The notes beneath the pieces are model-generated. The model saw only the letters and a program-made list of their open reading frames with translations, was not told where the DNA came from and ran no database searches. Shown piece after piece: positions 14,101 through 25,331 of a stretch of 64,000 bases of DNA. Origin of the DNA: Paragordius varius (taxonomy: Eukaryota > Animalia > Nematomorpha); NCBI GenBank assembly GCA_964247055.1, contig OZ176051.1, forward strand, positions 1,550,001 through 1,614,000, in the 5' to 3' direction. Positions within the stretch are counted from its first letter, which is position 1, and every line of letters starts with the position of its first letter. The position numbers were made by a program, and so were the translations under genes.

Positions 14101-15561
14101 ACAAAAACCCGTGCAATTAAAGAGCCAAATTTTAGCAATGATATAAAAATTAGTGATATTGGCATAACACACAAAGATATAATTAATTCTAACAACAAGA
14201 AAACGGATGTTGTAAATGCATCTGAAAATATAATTTGGAGTTCTCAATCAAATAATCCGCAAAATGGTGGTTGGGGTGATTTGTCCCATAATGTTAATCT
14301 ATCATTTTCGAATCCCTGGGCTTCCAAAAACAAAGGTGCCCTTTTACCTACTTCTACTGTGTCGCTCATACCTCCAAAAAATAACGTCGATTCAGAACCT
14401 CAACCTTTCCACTGTACTCTTAATAAAGAATCGAACTATATTAATAAGAATAACATCTCATCCAAGAGCCATATAGGATGGGGTGAATTGTGCTCAATCC
14501 CAAACACCCTTTCAAATTATCCCAACCCTTGGGCCCCACCCAATAAAAATGGTGATCAGGATGTGTTCAATACTGATGTTGTTCAAACTACAAAATATAA
14601 TATTCCTACTGCCTCAAATGATGACGACAATATTTGGAAAATCTCAAAATTTGAACCACTAATTGAAAACAAGAAATGCGCAAGTATTAGATCCGATTCT
14701 CCTCGGGCGTCGAAAAAGGGAAAAAAGAAAAAGACATCGACATCTTCAGGCCGCCCACCAGTTGTTAAACACTTTAGTGAATCGTCTTTACTGCCTTCAT
14801 ACGCAGGTGTTAAGCGCAAACATCAATCATCTCCTCCTTCTAAGAAAACAACACCGACCAGAAATAGCGGGAGAAAAGTCCGTCCAGAACGTGTTAAGTC
14901 GAAAGCTCCTGTAGGCTTTAGTGAATCCTCATCGCTCCCTTCTTACTCCGGTGTCCAACGTAAATATCAATCTTCTCCCAAAAAAACACCGACCAGAAAT
15001 AGTACAAGAGCTAAGACAGATCTTAACAAGTCTAAAGCTGCCCCTGCCGGATTTAGTGAATCCAGTTTGCTGCCTTCGTACGCAGGTGTTAAGCGCAAAC
15101 ATCATTCTTCGCCCAAAAAAACATCAACCAAAAATAGCACGAGAGCTCACCCAGATTCCCTGAAGTCTAAAGTTTCTGCTGGCTTTAGTGAATCCACTGT
15201 TGACCGCAAACAATTATCGCAGCCCATAAAAAACTTGGCACCGAGGGAAAATATGAAACCAGCGCAATCATTATTTGCTTTGACCAATTCTCAACTCTAT
15301 TATTATTATCAACAACCCGGCCTGTACGATCGAACATCTGAATTTTATGGTCAACAACAAAACATTTATAAATATCAAGCGCCATCACTTTTTCACAATA
15401 GAGAAATGTCATTTTATCAAAACGGTGTAGGGAATGAGAATAGAGCTCCGAATTATTTTTATAATTCCAATGTTCGCACCTTGTATATGAATCCATCACA
15501 ATATACTATTAACAATATGCATCATTATTACAATGGCATGTTTCATAACCAATATTATTGA
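11193..15561 (+). CDS. Large, mostly disordered Lys/Ser/Pro/Asn-rich protein with GWG/NPW repeats, basic SP/TP repeats and a Tyr/Asn/Gln-rich tail
   Basis: The 1222-codon ORF 11893-15561 is preceded by an acceptor (ttag at ~11897-11900). An upstream exon at ~11683-11829 (FKNIVSKCLP...KPSR) and a candidate first exon at ~11193-11355 join it with compatible phases. The exact 5' structure is uncertain. Confidence 0.8.
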
Positions 15562-15820
15562 AATTATTCTTTTTAATCATTCATACCATTTTATATATTT
15601 TGAATTTAGTTTATATACAATTTTTCATTCCTAACACTATAAACTCAATCATTTTAAAAAATATATCATTTTATCTTTTTTTGTATCCCTTATATTATTG
15701 TAATTACTCTCCCATATTTTCAAATTTAAAGCATAGCATGATAGCATGTAATAAATTTATTTGCATTTTTCATACAAGCTACTTGTACTAACATTGATTG
15801 CATTGCATTTATATGAATAT

Positions 15821-18800
15821 TCAAACTGGATCACCGTTTTGAGCCTGCATACGAACGTAATTGAAATTTGGATTTTGAAATGTCATTGATTTTGGGTGAG
15901 TTGTTAGCCCGTTTGTTCTGAAAAGGGTGGTAAACCTTCCGCTTCGCTTATAAAGTAAGTAAATTATGTAACCGAATATGGCAATGCAAAGCATTATCCC
16001 AAGCACTGATTTAAATTTACTAACCCGAATTATTTTTTGGGCCATGTGCTCGGTCACGTTCCCATAAATTTTTTGAATGATGGAATGGTTCGATATAGCA
16101 GCGTTGGGCGAAATGACATTCGTCACAAGATTGGGATTTAGGGTTGTGGTTAATAAAACGTTATTTTTATTTGTGTCGTTTTTGCAAAAGTCTTCATGTA
16201 ATACATTGAAGAGAGTTTTACCTTTTGCATTTGGCGGTTCAGCACAAGAGGCACTTTCCAAATCTGATCGTTGGAGATCCTTGTCATTTTTACTCAATTC
16301 CTCCAGTTGATTGTTGAGAAGTGATAGAAAGATTTTTAATCCACAATTGCAATTCCATGGATTATCTAATAAAATTATTAAAAAATAATTAGTTTTAGAC
16401 AATTTGTTTTTGCTAAACTATTGCTCGAAAAAATTAAGGTATCTTTTCGAGCTAGCCACATTGTAAGTTAATTGAAACAAACATAGATAAATTAGGTTGA
16501 AAATTAATTTTTCAAGACAGGGATATCGCGCCTTGTAACGATACAACGATATTTATCGCGCGATGTGGCACAATAAAAATTGATATTATTTATATTCAGA
16601 TATGCAAATATTTAAAACTATGAGGACAAATTCGTGCACCAACCTACTACTTTTAATTTAAAACCGTAAATTGATTATTCAAGATTAAAAAATTTTTTAA
16701 GTTATTATTTAACCGTTCTACACCTCGCGAAAATCTACGTGTTACATAACTGGTACCCTATATCTTCTGTAGAAATTCGCAATATATATATAAATATGAT
16801 ATGATGATTTGGGAATTCAAAAAAAACTTGGTTCGACTTCAAAACATATCTGAATTTAGTACTTTTGAGGGATCAATATTTTTGAAAAAAGTAATTATTA
16901 TTGGTTGCAAATATGATGATACTCTTTTAATCATGACAACTGTGGAGATAAGGATCAGAATGATCTAAATCACGGATGTCCATTCGCTACCCGCTAGATA
17001 TTTCAAATGTAAAATTGTTTTCTTTAACAAATTTTTTGATTAAGTTTGCTAAATTTGGCAATCAACTAGCAATTAGTAGTTTTTAAGTTAAATGTTTTAA
17101 TAAAATATATGTTAATTCTCATATATTTGCCAATGTGACACGTCGGCACTTTCGATTCAAAAATGCTACCCGCGAAGCCGTTTTGTTGAACACCCCTGAT
17201 CTAAATAGTCTGAAAATTAATTATTGGAAAAATATATAATCATATTATCACAATTCAATCTAAATAATTTCCAATTATCACACCTATTTTCACATATGAC
17301 TAAATTCTTAAATTTGGTAAATCTTTTACAATAGTTTTGAAACCGATTTACCTTCAAACGAAAAACCCTAAAACGTTTTATAAATTTAGTTCTTAAATTT
17401 GAACGGCTTGGCGCATTACTTTTTATATGGTAAAACATTAAATAATCCTAATTTCTCCAACAGAGGCGTAGCTAGGGGGAGGAAAGGGGGGCTGATGCGC
17501 CGGGCGTCATAGTTGAAAGGGGGCGGATTTAGCAATTTTTGATTTTATTCCAAAAAATAGGTATTTTATTGTTTTAAATAATTGTTATGTTAGATTAGTT
17601 GTTAAATTAGTTCGGATTTGATTAGCCACCAATGTAAAAAGTAATAAAAGTATTAATCGTAAAACTTGAAAGATATTTATTCGTTTTTTATACTCTTTAT
17701 ATAATAATTTTAAGTGAACATAATTTGCATGATATCAAATAAAACAAATAAAATTTCGAGTAACTAATGGATATGTTATTTACATAATACAAAAATATAA
17801 AAATAGACAATCCAAATCTCAATAGAAACTATATCATACATACCAAATATATATTTAAAATTTGCATATGTAACAATAATACATAAAAAATTCACCAATT
17901 TATGAGTTGTCAACGGTTTGAATTAAATAATATTTTAAAAATGCAAGGAATACATGGAGGGGAGGGGGCTCCAGAAATGCAAGCTACGCCTTTACTCTCC
18001 AAATGTTTTTTGATAAACAATAGTCATATGTTTTACGTTAATTACTTATTTTATGTATGGAAATACTAAAAACAAAATTCTAGCGAACACACCAAAATAA
18101 ATGGTTTTATCATAGGATAGAAAAAAGGTCCTATTTAGAGTGAGTCTGAGCGAAAAAAATGGATATTTTAATAACCAAACAAAATGGTAAATGACGGATT
18201 GAATAATGTTTGTGTTAACAATTGTTAAATCCGTGAAATAATTATATTAACAAAAATTTAATTGAAAATCAACTGGAATATGAAAATATGTGAGTACCCC
18301 AAGTCAAATAGTTGTGTAGTACTGATGAGTCACAAGCAGGAAACTAGTCTGATTACTATTGACGAAGGATGTCGCATATATTTATTTTCAATTAAAAAAT
18401 TATATTTTCAGTTTAATTTTCACATTTTTTAGTTAAATCATCTATAGCATTATTTCAATGATTTAACATTTGTTAATAATAAAATTCTGTATATCAAAAA
18501 ACCAAAAAATTTATTTTGGCGAATGTGTTGGAGAATAAATATTCAATCTGTTAATATTATATAATTTTTTGGAAAAATATTGATCAATTGATAATTTTTT
18601 TAAAATAAAATTACAAAATAAACTTTAAAAAATGATTTCTATATAAATTTGTCCCTGCCAAATCTATTCATATAATTTTATAGCTATTAAAAAAGGTTTC
18701 AATCGAAAGGTGCCTAAATATCTTAAGACAATTATATCCGATATACCATTTACACTTCAAGAGTGTCCTTGAACAATTCAAGTTGGTCCTTGAACAATTC

Positions 18801-21273
18801 AAGTTGGTCCTTGAACAATTCAAGTTGGTCCTTGAACAGTTCAAGTTGGTCCTTGAACAATTCAAGTTGGTCCTTGAACAGTTCAAGTTGGTCCTTTAAC
18901 TTTTTTGCTTTGTTTTTAACTTTTATCAATCAAATCGAAAGTAATTCGTCTATTTTATTGTTTTTAACCTATTTTCTATTATTTAACATAAATTTTAAAT
19001 CGATAACAACTTTTAATCTTTGAAAAACCGTATATCTTTATTAATTTCTTAAAATAAATTTGGATATTTATGAGATTTTAACATGAAATGAAAAATTATA
19101 TAAGTTTTCTGGGTGATCAATTAAAATTTTTCATTAAAAACATTTAAAAGTCAATAATTTTGTTCAATTAAAAAAAAATAGTTTTAAACAAAAAAAATGG
19201 TTTTTCAATAAAAAAATTTATTTTTAAATGAATAAATATATAATAAATATAGAAAATTAGGTTAATAAATAATTAAATAAAAAAATAAATGCAAAAATTA
19301 TGGTTAAATCAAAATTTATAAATTTTAAGGACCAACTTGAACTGTTCAAGGACCAACTTGACTTGTTCAAGGACCAACTTGAATTGTTCAAGGACCAACT
19401 TGAATTGTTCAAGGACCAACTTGAATTGTTCAAGGACCAACTTGAATTGTTCAAGGACCAACTTGAATTGTTCAAGGACACTCTTGAAGTGTAAATGGTA
19501 TATAATAAATTAAAATCATGATACAAAAAACAGACCTAGCCCATCAGTTGTTATATAATACAATTTTTTATATATTTTTCACAAATTAAGGTTTATTTCA
19601 TCATGTCATACGTTTAGGATAAAGCAGAAACAAAAAAAATATTAAAAAAAACCTGATAATCCAATAAATTTAATGGCATCGTTTATGTCAACCATTAGAT
19701 CGTGAACTATGAGTATATCCATTTCTTGGAGAAGATTATGTCGCAAATCTAAATGAGTCAATTTTGAAAATTTGGTTAGGAGGTATTTGGGTATCTGTTT
19801 GAGTTTATTGTGAGAAATGTCGAGTGTAACAAGCGAATTCTGTAAGGGCTCAATAACCACTGTGTCAAGTTCTACTATATCATTGTATGCCAGGGAAAGA
19901 TGTTTTAACTTTGTATTGTTAACAAATGAAAGTTTTGAAAAGACAATGTCATTATGAGATAAATCTAAAGCGGTTAAATTCCTGAGACTGTTAGTAAATG
20001 TAGTTGGCATCATTTGTAAATGGTTGTGGCTTAACGTTATATTCGTGAGTGAATTGGCAAAAGAAAAATTCCCAACATCTTCAATGTATTGAATCTCATT
20101 GTGAGACAAATCAAGCGTAATTAATTTATTTAAGTTGGCAAACATATTGCTCTTAATAGCAATTAAATGATTACTTTTCCAAACCATAGTTTCTATATTT
20201 GGAAACTTGGCAAATGCTCCGGCAGGAATTTCATCTAAAGAAACATCCTCTAAATTTATATATTTTAATGATTTAGTTATAGGTATATCATCTTTTTCTT
20301 GCACATCTACGTATGTTATGTTCGTAATGTAAGAACCACGAAAATCAAGTTTTCGAATAGCGGGCAATGCTTTTGAAACTGATAGGGCCGTCATATTTAA
20401 TGTACCGATTTCTAGCGCCAGATACAGATCATCAAGCGATTTAAAATGTGCGATCGCATTCCAAGGTATACCTTGAAACCTTTTTCCCGCCAAATATAGT
20501 TCTGTGATATTTTGGTTTAACCCTTCAAATGAGCCATCATACAAGTTTGTTAGGGCATTCGATCGAAACGAAAGATATTTTAACCGGGGTGCTTTGAGAT
20601 TTTTGAAGATACCCTGAGAAATGTATACGATAGAAGCAATTTCCAGGTTGAGAGAAACTAAATTAGGTAATTCGCCTTCCAATGCCTCCATAATATGGTA
20701 AAACAGATTTTCATTCTTTTTGTTCCGCATACGTTCAACAATGGTAAGCACCTCAAGTGAATCGTACAGCGGTGTAAATGCGAATTGCGACAAATTCGAA
20801 AGATGATTGTCCAGCATTATCAAATGTTTTAGATAGGGTGACCATGGTTCGAAATCGCTCTTCCCCGCCCCCGATTTAGTTAGTTCGGTCCCGAAATCAC
20901 TGAAAACATTGTGCTCCAGCAAAAGCGTAAGACTTAAATTAGAGGCAGAGAAGCCATATTTCTTAACAAATTGGATAAAGGGTTCTAGTACAGCTGAGCT
21001 TTGTAGCAAACTAGAATTAGTATGCACGCAATAAAGGATAAGGAGATTGGTAGTTTGATTTAAATTATTCGCAGTTGATTCGAGTTCTGAATAACGTTGA
21101 GGGGGAAAACGAGTTACAATGTATGGAATATTTGAAGGTTCACTGATGCATTGACAAACGGGAGGCTTTCCGGCAAATTTTGGACAATCTTTTAACAATT
21201 TATATGCGGTGACTGTCGTCAATATCCAAAATTTCAACAAAATAAAGTTAAACATTTTACATTTTATATACAT
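15821..21273 (-). CDS. Type I membrane leucine-rich-repeat protein (signal peptide, LRRs, LRRCT, TM, short tail, no TIR), 2 exons, ~721 aa
   Basis: Exon 19653-21273 has a hydrophobic N-terminus and many LxxLxLxxN repeats. It splices in phase 1 to exon 15821-16365, giving IKFIGLS|DNPWNCNC...CAEPPNAKGKTL...C (LRRCT), then a TM helix (VLGIMLCIAIFGYIIYLLY) followed by KRSGR. Confidence 0.88.
17461..17994. mobile_element. hAT-type MITE with 8-bp TSD
   Basis: TIRs cagaggcgtagct / agctacgccttta. Flanks ttctccaa (17453-17460) and ctctccaa (17995-18002) match at 7/8 positions. Confidence 0.75.
18150..18400 (+). ncRNA. Decayed minimal type I hammerhead ribozyme within a dispersed repeat (possible Penelope-like element pLTR remnant), copy 1
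   Basis: CTGATGA at 18322-18328 and GAAAC-TA-GTC at 18340-18349. Stems I and II are partly broken. Flanks are homologous to 47620-48075. Confidence 0.5.
18744..19500. mobile_element. Foldback-type MITE with TA TSD and 21-bp tandem arrays inside both TIRs
   Basis: TA|TACCATTTACACTTCAAGAGTGTCC ... GGACACTCTTGAAGTGTAAATGGTA|TA. The left arm has 6 and the right arm 7 copies of ttgaacaattcaagttggtcc. Confidence 0.88.
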
Positions 21274-22413
21274 ATATATCTATGTGAATGGTTAATATCG
21301 ACAATTGAATAAGGATCGGTCGTACATTAGGAGACTAGAATGGTGGAAATCTGTGTTTCATAAAGGTAATATATATAATTAAAAATAAAATTTTGATAAA
21401 AATGATATGATTTCTACATGAATTATATATATATAAAATAGATAACCCTGTTTCGCATACACTTGTTTTTTTGTTTGCACACGTATAGTATATATGTTTA
21501 ATGATTTGTATATTTATTTGTTCTATTTTTTAGCGTAGATCACAACGCAAAAAATATTTATTTATCAAAATCAATATTACTTTTTAGGAAAGGAGGGAAG
21601 GGGGGTTAAAGAAAGCGGCATCGCGCAAATAAATAAACCCAATTTCACACAAAAAATATAAATAATAAAAACATTATCATACAATTTAATATATATTGCA
21701 TAATAAATTACAAAGTAATTTTAATTGCACATGTAGGTTTATTAATAGTTATCCATAATGCTATTAGTTAAATTTATAAAATTGCTTAATATAAATGGAC
21801 AAAGGATTGCTTTCATCAACGCTTATTTACTGCTATGATTAGAATTTGAGTCCTCGAAATGAGTTAAAGTTTTTCGAAAAACGTGGGCTATTACATAGTT
21901 TATAATGATTTTTTTTAGTTTTTAGGAATGCGCCGAATGTGAATAAGCCCTTTTTTGAACTAGCCCTTAAGTTTAGCCACATCGTCCAGAAAAGTAGAGT
22001 TTGGATAAATTATTAGCTTTGAATCAATTTTCTGGAAAACGGGGAGACGTATCATTTGATAAATGGATTGTCTTAATAAACGCGAGGGTGTCATAACCAT
22101 TTTGAAATGTCCGCTCAGTTTAGCCTACCCCCTGTATGATTGTAGGTGTTTTGAAAAATATGTGAAGTGATTTTCCAAAAAAAATATGGGCTCCTTCGAG
22201 TTCAAAAATGGAAATTTTTAATATATAATATGTGGTAGGGCCATTGTTTAAATAATTCTTTAGTTCATTTCCATCCCATAAAAATTTTTTTTGAAAAAAA
22301 ATTGAATTAAAATGGTTTTCGGAAACGCAAAGACACACTTAAATACAAAAGAAATTTTTCATTATTGAGTTTTATTTTTTATTCTCAGATATCTATCCAC
22401 CCCCTGGGAATAT

Positions 22414-22800
22414 TTAACTTTCTTTTTTGTCGCCAGATTTGGAAATCATTTTTGCGTCCAAGAGCCAAACTTGATTGTTTATATAAATTTTGTTAACAAA
22501 CACATTTTTTACATCCGTGAGCTTGCACGTGAAATCAAGTTGGAATGACTGGTTACTTATATATTGGTTACAGTTTCGGATGAATGTATTCACGACAAAA
22601 ATAATGCGATATTGATCAGTAGTATTTCTCAATTATATTATACCAGACGACAAATTTTAACGTTTCTTAGATATCAGAAAACGTAAAAAAACCGAATAGC
22701 CGAAAAATTTCTTGTCTAATGTTATATATTCATGTTAAAATCTTGGCCATTTTTCTAGACCCGATGACATCTACGATATAAAATAAATTTAATTTGCACC
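22414..22800 (-). pseudogene. Possible highly decayed LTR-retrotransposon integrase fragment
   Basis: Weak, collinear resemblance: SSGLEKWPR (compare SNGxxERxNR), IIFVVNT...SFQLDF (compare xFAYNT...PFxLxFG) and NQVWLL (compare GDxVWL). Stops interrupt it, and the alignment is by eye only. Confidence 0.25.
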
Positions 22801-23869
22801 CTTTTGTGTTTTGCAATAATTCTTTATATAAGCTTTAATTTCATTTGTGGTTTAAAATTCACGATTTGACACATTTAATACTTTATAATATAGTTTTAGC
22901 AAAAAAAATGTTGATGGGATAGTTAACCAATAGTAAAATAAAATTTCACCACCAAAATCTATCTGACGATTTATAAAAATATATGTATTTACTAAATTTT
23001 GGAACGTTTATAATTAGGGGAAAATATTAACCAGTTTAAATACATATAATAAATATTTCTATTCAAATACTTTGGCATCAATATTTTCCTATGGATCATT
23101 ATTTGTTCAATTTCCTCATACATCGATTTGTCAAGTTTTAAAATTGATGAATGAAAAGATATTTTCATTATTCTATCGTAAAAACGAAAATTAAAATAAT
23201 TAAAAAATCAGGATATTATTGTAACTTTCTAATTTCAAATAGCACACTTTTTGAGATTAGCCAAAAATAGCTATGTCAAATTTATACAAATTTATAATAA
23301 TTTTGCATCATATATAATTCAGAAAATTTAGTTAATATTTTTAGACATCATTTCAGAGTTATCTATCTTTTGTAATGCAAAAAGCATCAATAACGCAATA
23401 ATCCATGCTAAATTTTGTTTTTGTTAAAAATCTGAATATCATTTTAAAAAGTTTTTGCAAGGGATTTATACCATAGCTCCTCAAATTTTATGTATTAAAT
23501 ACTTGGCCTAAAATCTGAATTTTTGTCTTGAATTCGCATGCGAAGAAATATTATATTAAAATAAATGCTTATGCATTTAGCTCACAAATTCAGCAATTTT
23601 TTTAGTTAATTATCAAAATATTGCCATAATTTTTTTCTAGAATTCAGAATCTCTTCAACAAGATTTCACACATTAAGTCACCCTGAAAGGCTTAAAAAAA
23701 TATCGTTAATTTTATAATTTTGTACAGTGTTATGAAACTTTTCTTTCTAAACATGAAAAAAACTATAATAGCTCTTTACTTTGTTAGATTCATTAGTCTA
23801 TATTATTTATTGAAAAACTTTATTGCATAAATATTTAAAAAATTAACGTATATATGTAAATATTTTTCA

Positions 23870-25291
23870 TTATTTAATCTGTTCAAGCACAAATTTTCGC
23901 ATCTCATTATTTTGAAAAAGGGCGCGCAATAAATGTCGAATTCTTTCCACACCACAATGTTTCAGGCACACATTTTTCCAGTCCGAAGGATCGTTTTTTG
24001 TCCAAATGAGTGCAATTTCTTTCATAGAAGCTTCCAATATAAACAGGCCTCCGAGAAAAGAAAGTTGAGTCGAATCAAATTGCTTGAGATGTTTAACTAT
24101 CATGTGTTCCAAGGGGTACTAAAAGAGTATCAACATATATAGCATTTAACACATAAATTGCTTACAAATAATTATATTGTAAAAATAATTGGTGCACTGC
24201 ATAAATAATTTTTTGAGACAGATAACATGCAGTTATAACCATTAAAAATTGAAAATTGATTAAATTTTCATGTTAATCATGGCTTAAAAATCATAATATC
24301 GCAAAAAAATTTTGAGATGAATTTATCACAAGAAAAACGGAATGATAAGAATATTATGGATTAAATTATTTTGAATCGTGTTTATATCGTTAAAAAATAT
24401 TAATTTTGACTTTTTTTATGGGTATACAGACAATTTAATTGTATCAAAATTAACATTGCTTTTGGTAACTAAAATTAGATAAAAATTAAAGGAGTTTTTG
24501 CATATATAAACATACACACGTTCAACATAAAAAGCATATCATCGAATTGATATGAAAATCAAAATTAATAATTTTTACATTTTCTAAATCGACAGATTCA
24601 TCCTGCCCCGCACTTTCAATGTACTTTCTCAACAAAATTTGGACAACTCCGAAATCTTTTAAATCAATCGCCAATCTTTCAGAACACTGAACACTAAAGT
24701 CCTCAATGCTTATTAGTTTTTCCATTATTTGAGACAATACGTAATCAGTAAGGAGTGTCCAACTATGTTCGATAATAGGATTGGCTAAGTATTGATGCAT
24801 TAACTAAAATGATTGTAAAATTATACAGAAAAAACATAGAAACATAAGCAAATATTTTTATTAAAAGACACCCATACATTTTTAAACCTGGATTATTTTA
24901 TATGACTCATTGGTTTTTTACATTGCAAAGTATGAAATAGAGATGCACATTGGTAACAAAATCAAATGTATTGTACAATAGTAATTTAAAAACTTATATG
25001 GTAAAAATTAAGGTTAAACATGTATGGTTGTTTATTTAAAGAACATTTGTCTTTATATTTTTACGTTTTGCCTTAATTTTTACAGTAATTTAGTTTTTTA
25101 TAATCAATGTTAATATAAAACAAACTTTATCGTAATTAATTAAATGTAGGACAGCTTTTTTCAGGGGTTTGTTGAGATGAGCGTTTTCTTGCAAAGGTTG
25201 TTCGGAAACCTCGCTTTCATAAAGTAAATCTTTGATATATTCTAATAAAATGAATAATAAATTTATTGTGGAACTACATTAAATACTATAC

Positions 25292-25331
<40 letters not shown>

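Noticed and set aside
12234-15499. Antisense and alternate-frame ORFs over the 1222-aa exon (also 6-233, 309-584, 16077-16310, 62771-63064)
   Set aside because: These are shadow ORFs expected opposite long coding exons and show no independent motifs.
16400-17440. Additional LRR exons in the LRR gene intron (ORF 17217-17438 and LRR-like scraps)
   Set aside because: Stops occur in all plausible frames, and exons 1 and 2 already join perfectly into a canonical LRRCT.
18769-19476. 21-bp direct repeats as a CRISPR array, and the repetitive ORFs (SLNNSSW)n / (KDQLELF)n / (NCSRTNL)n as proteins
   Set aside because: The units are contiguous with no unique spacers, the context is eukaryotic with no cas genes, and the two arrays are the inverted arms of a TA-flanked MITE. 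The ORFs are by-products of a 21-nt period.
21795-22130. Possible Merlin/ISXO2-like transposase remnant (LKFFEKRGLLHS...ECAEC)
   Set aside because: Only a short, stop-ridden resemblance by eye, with no DDE region or TIRs found.
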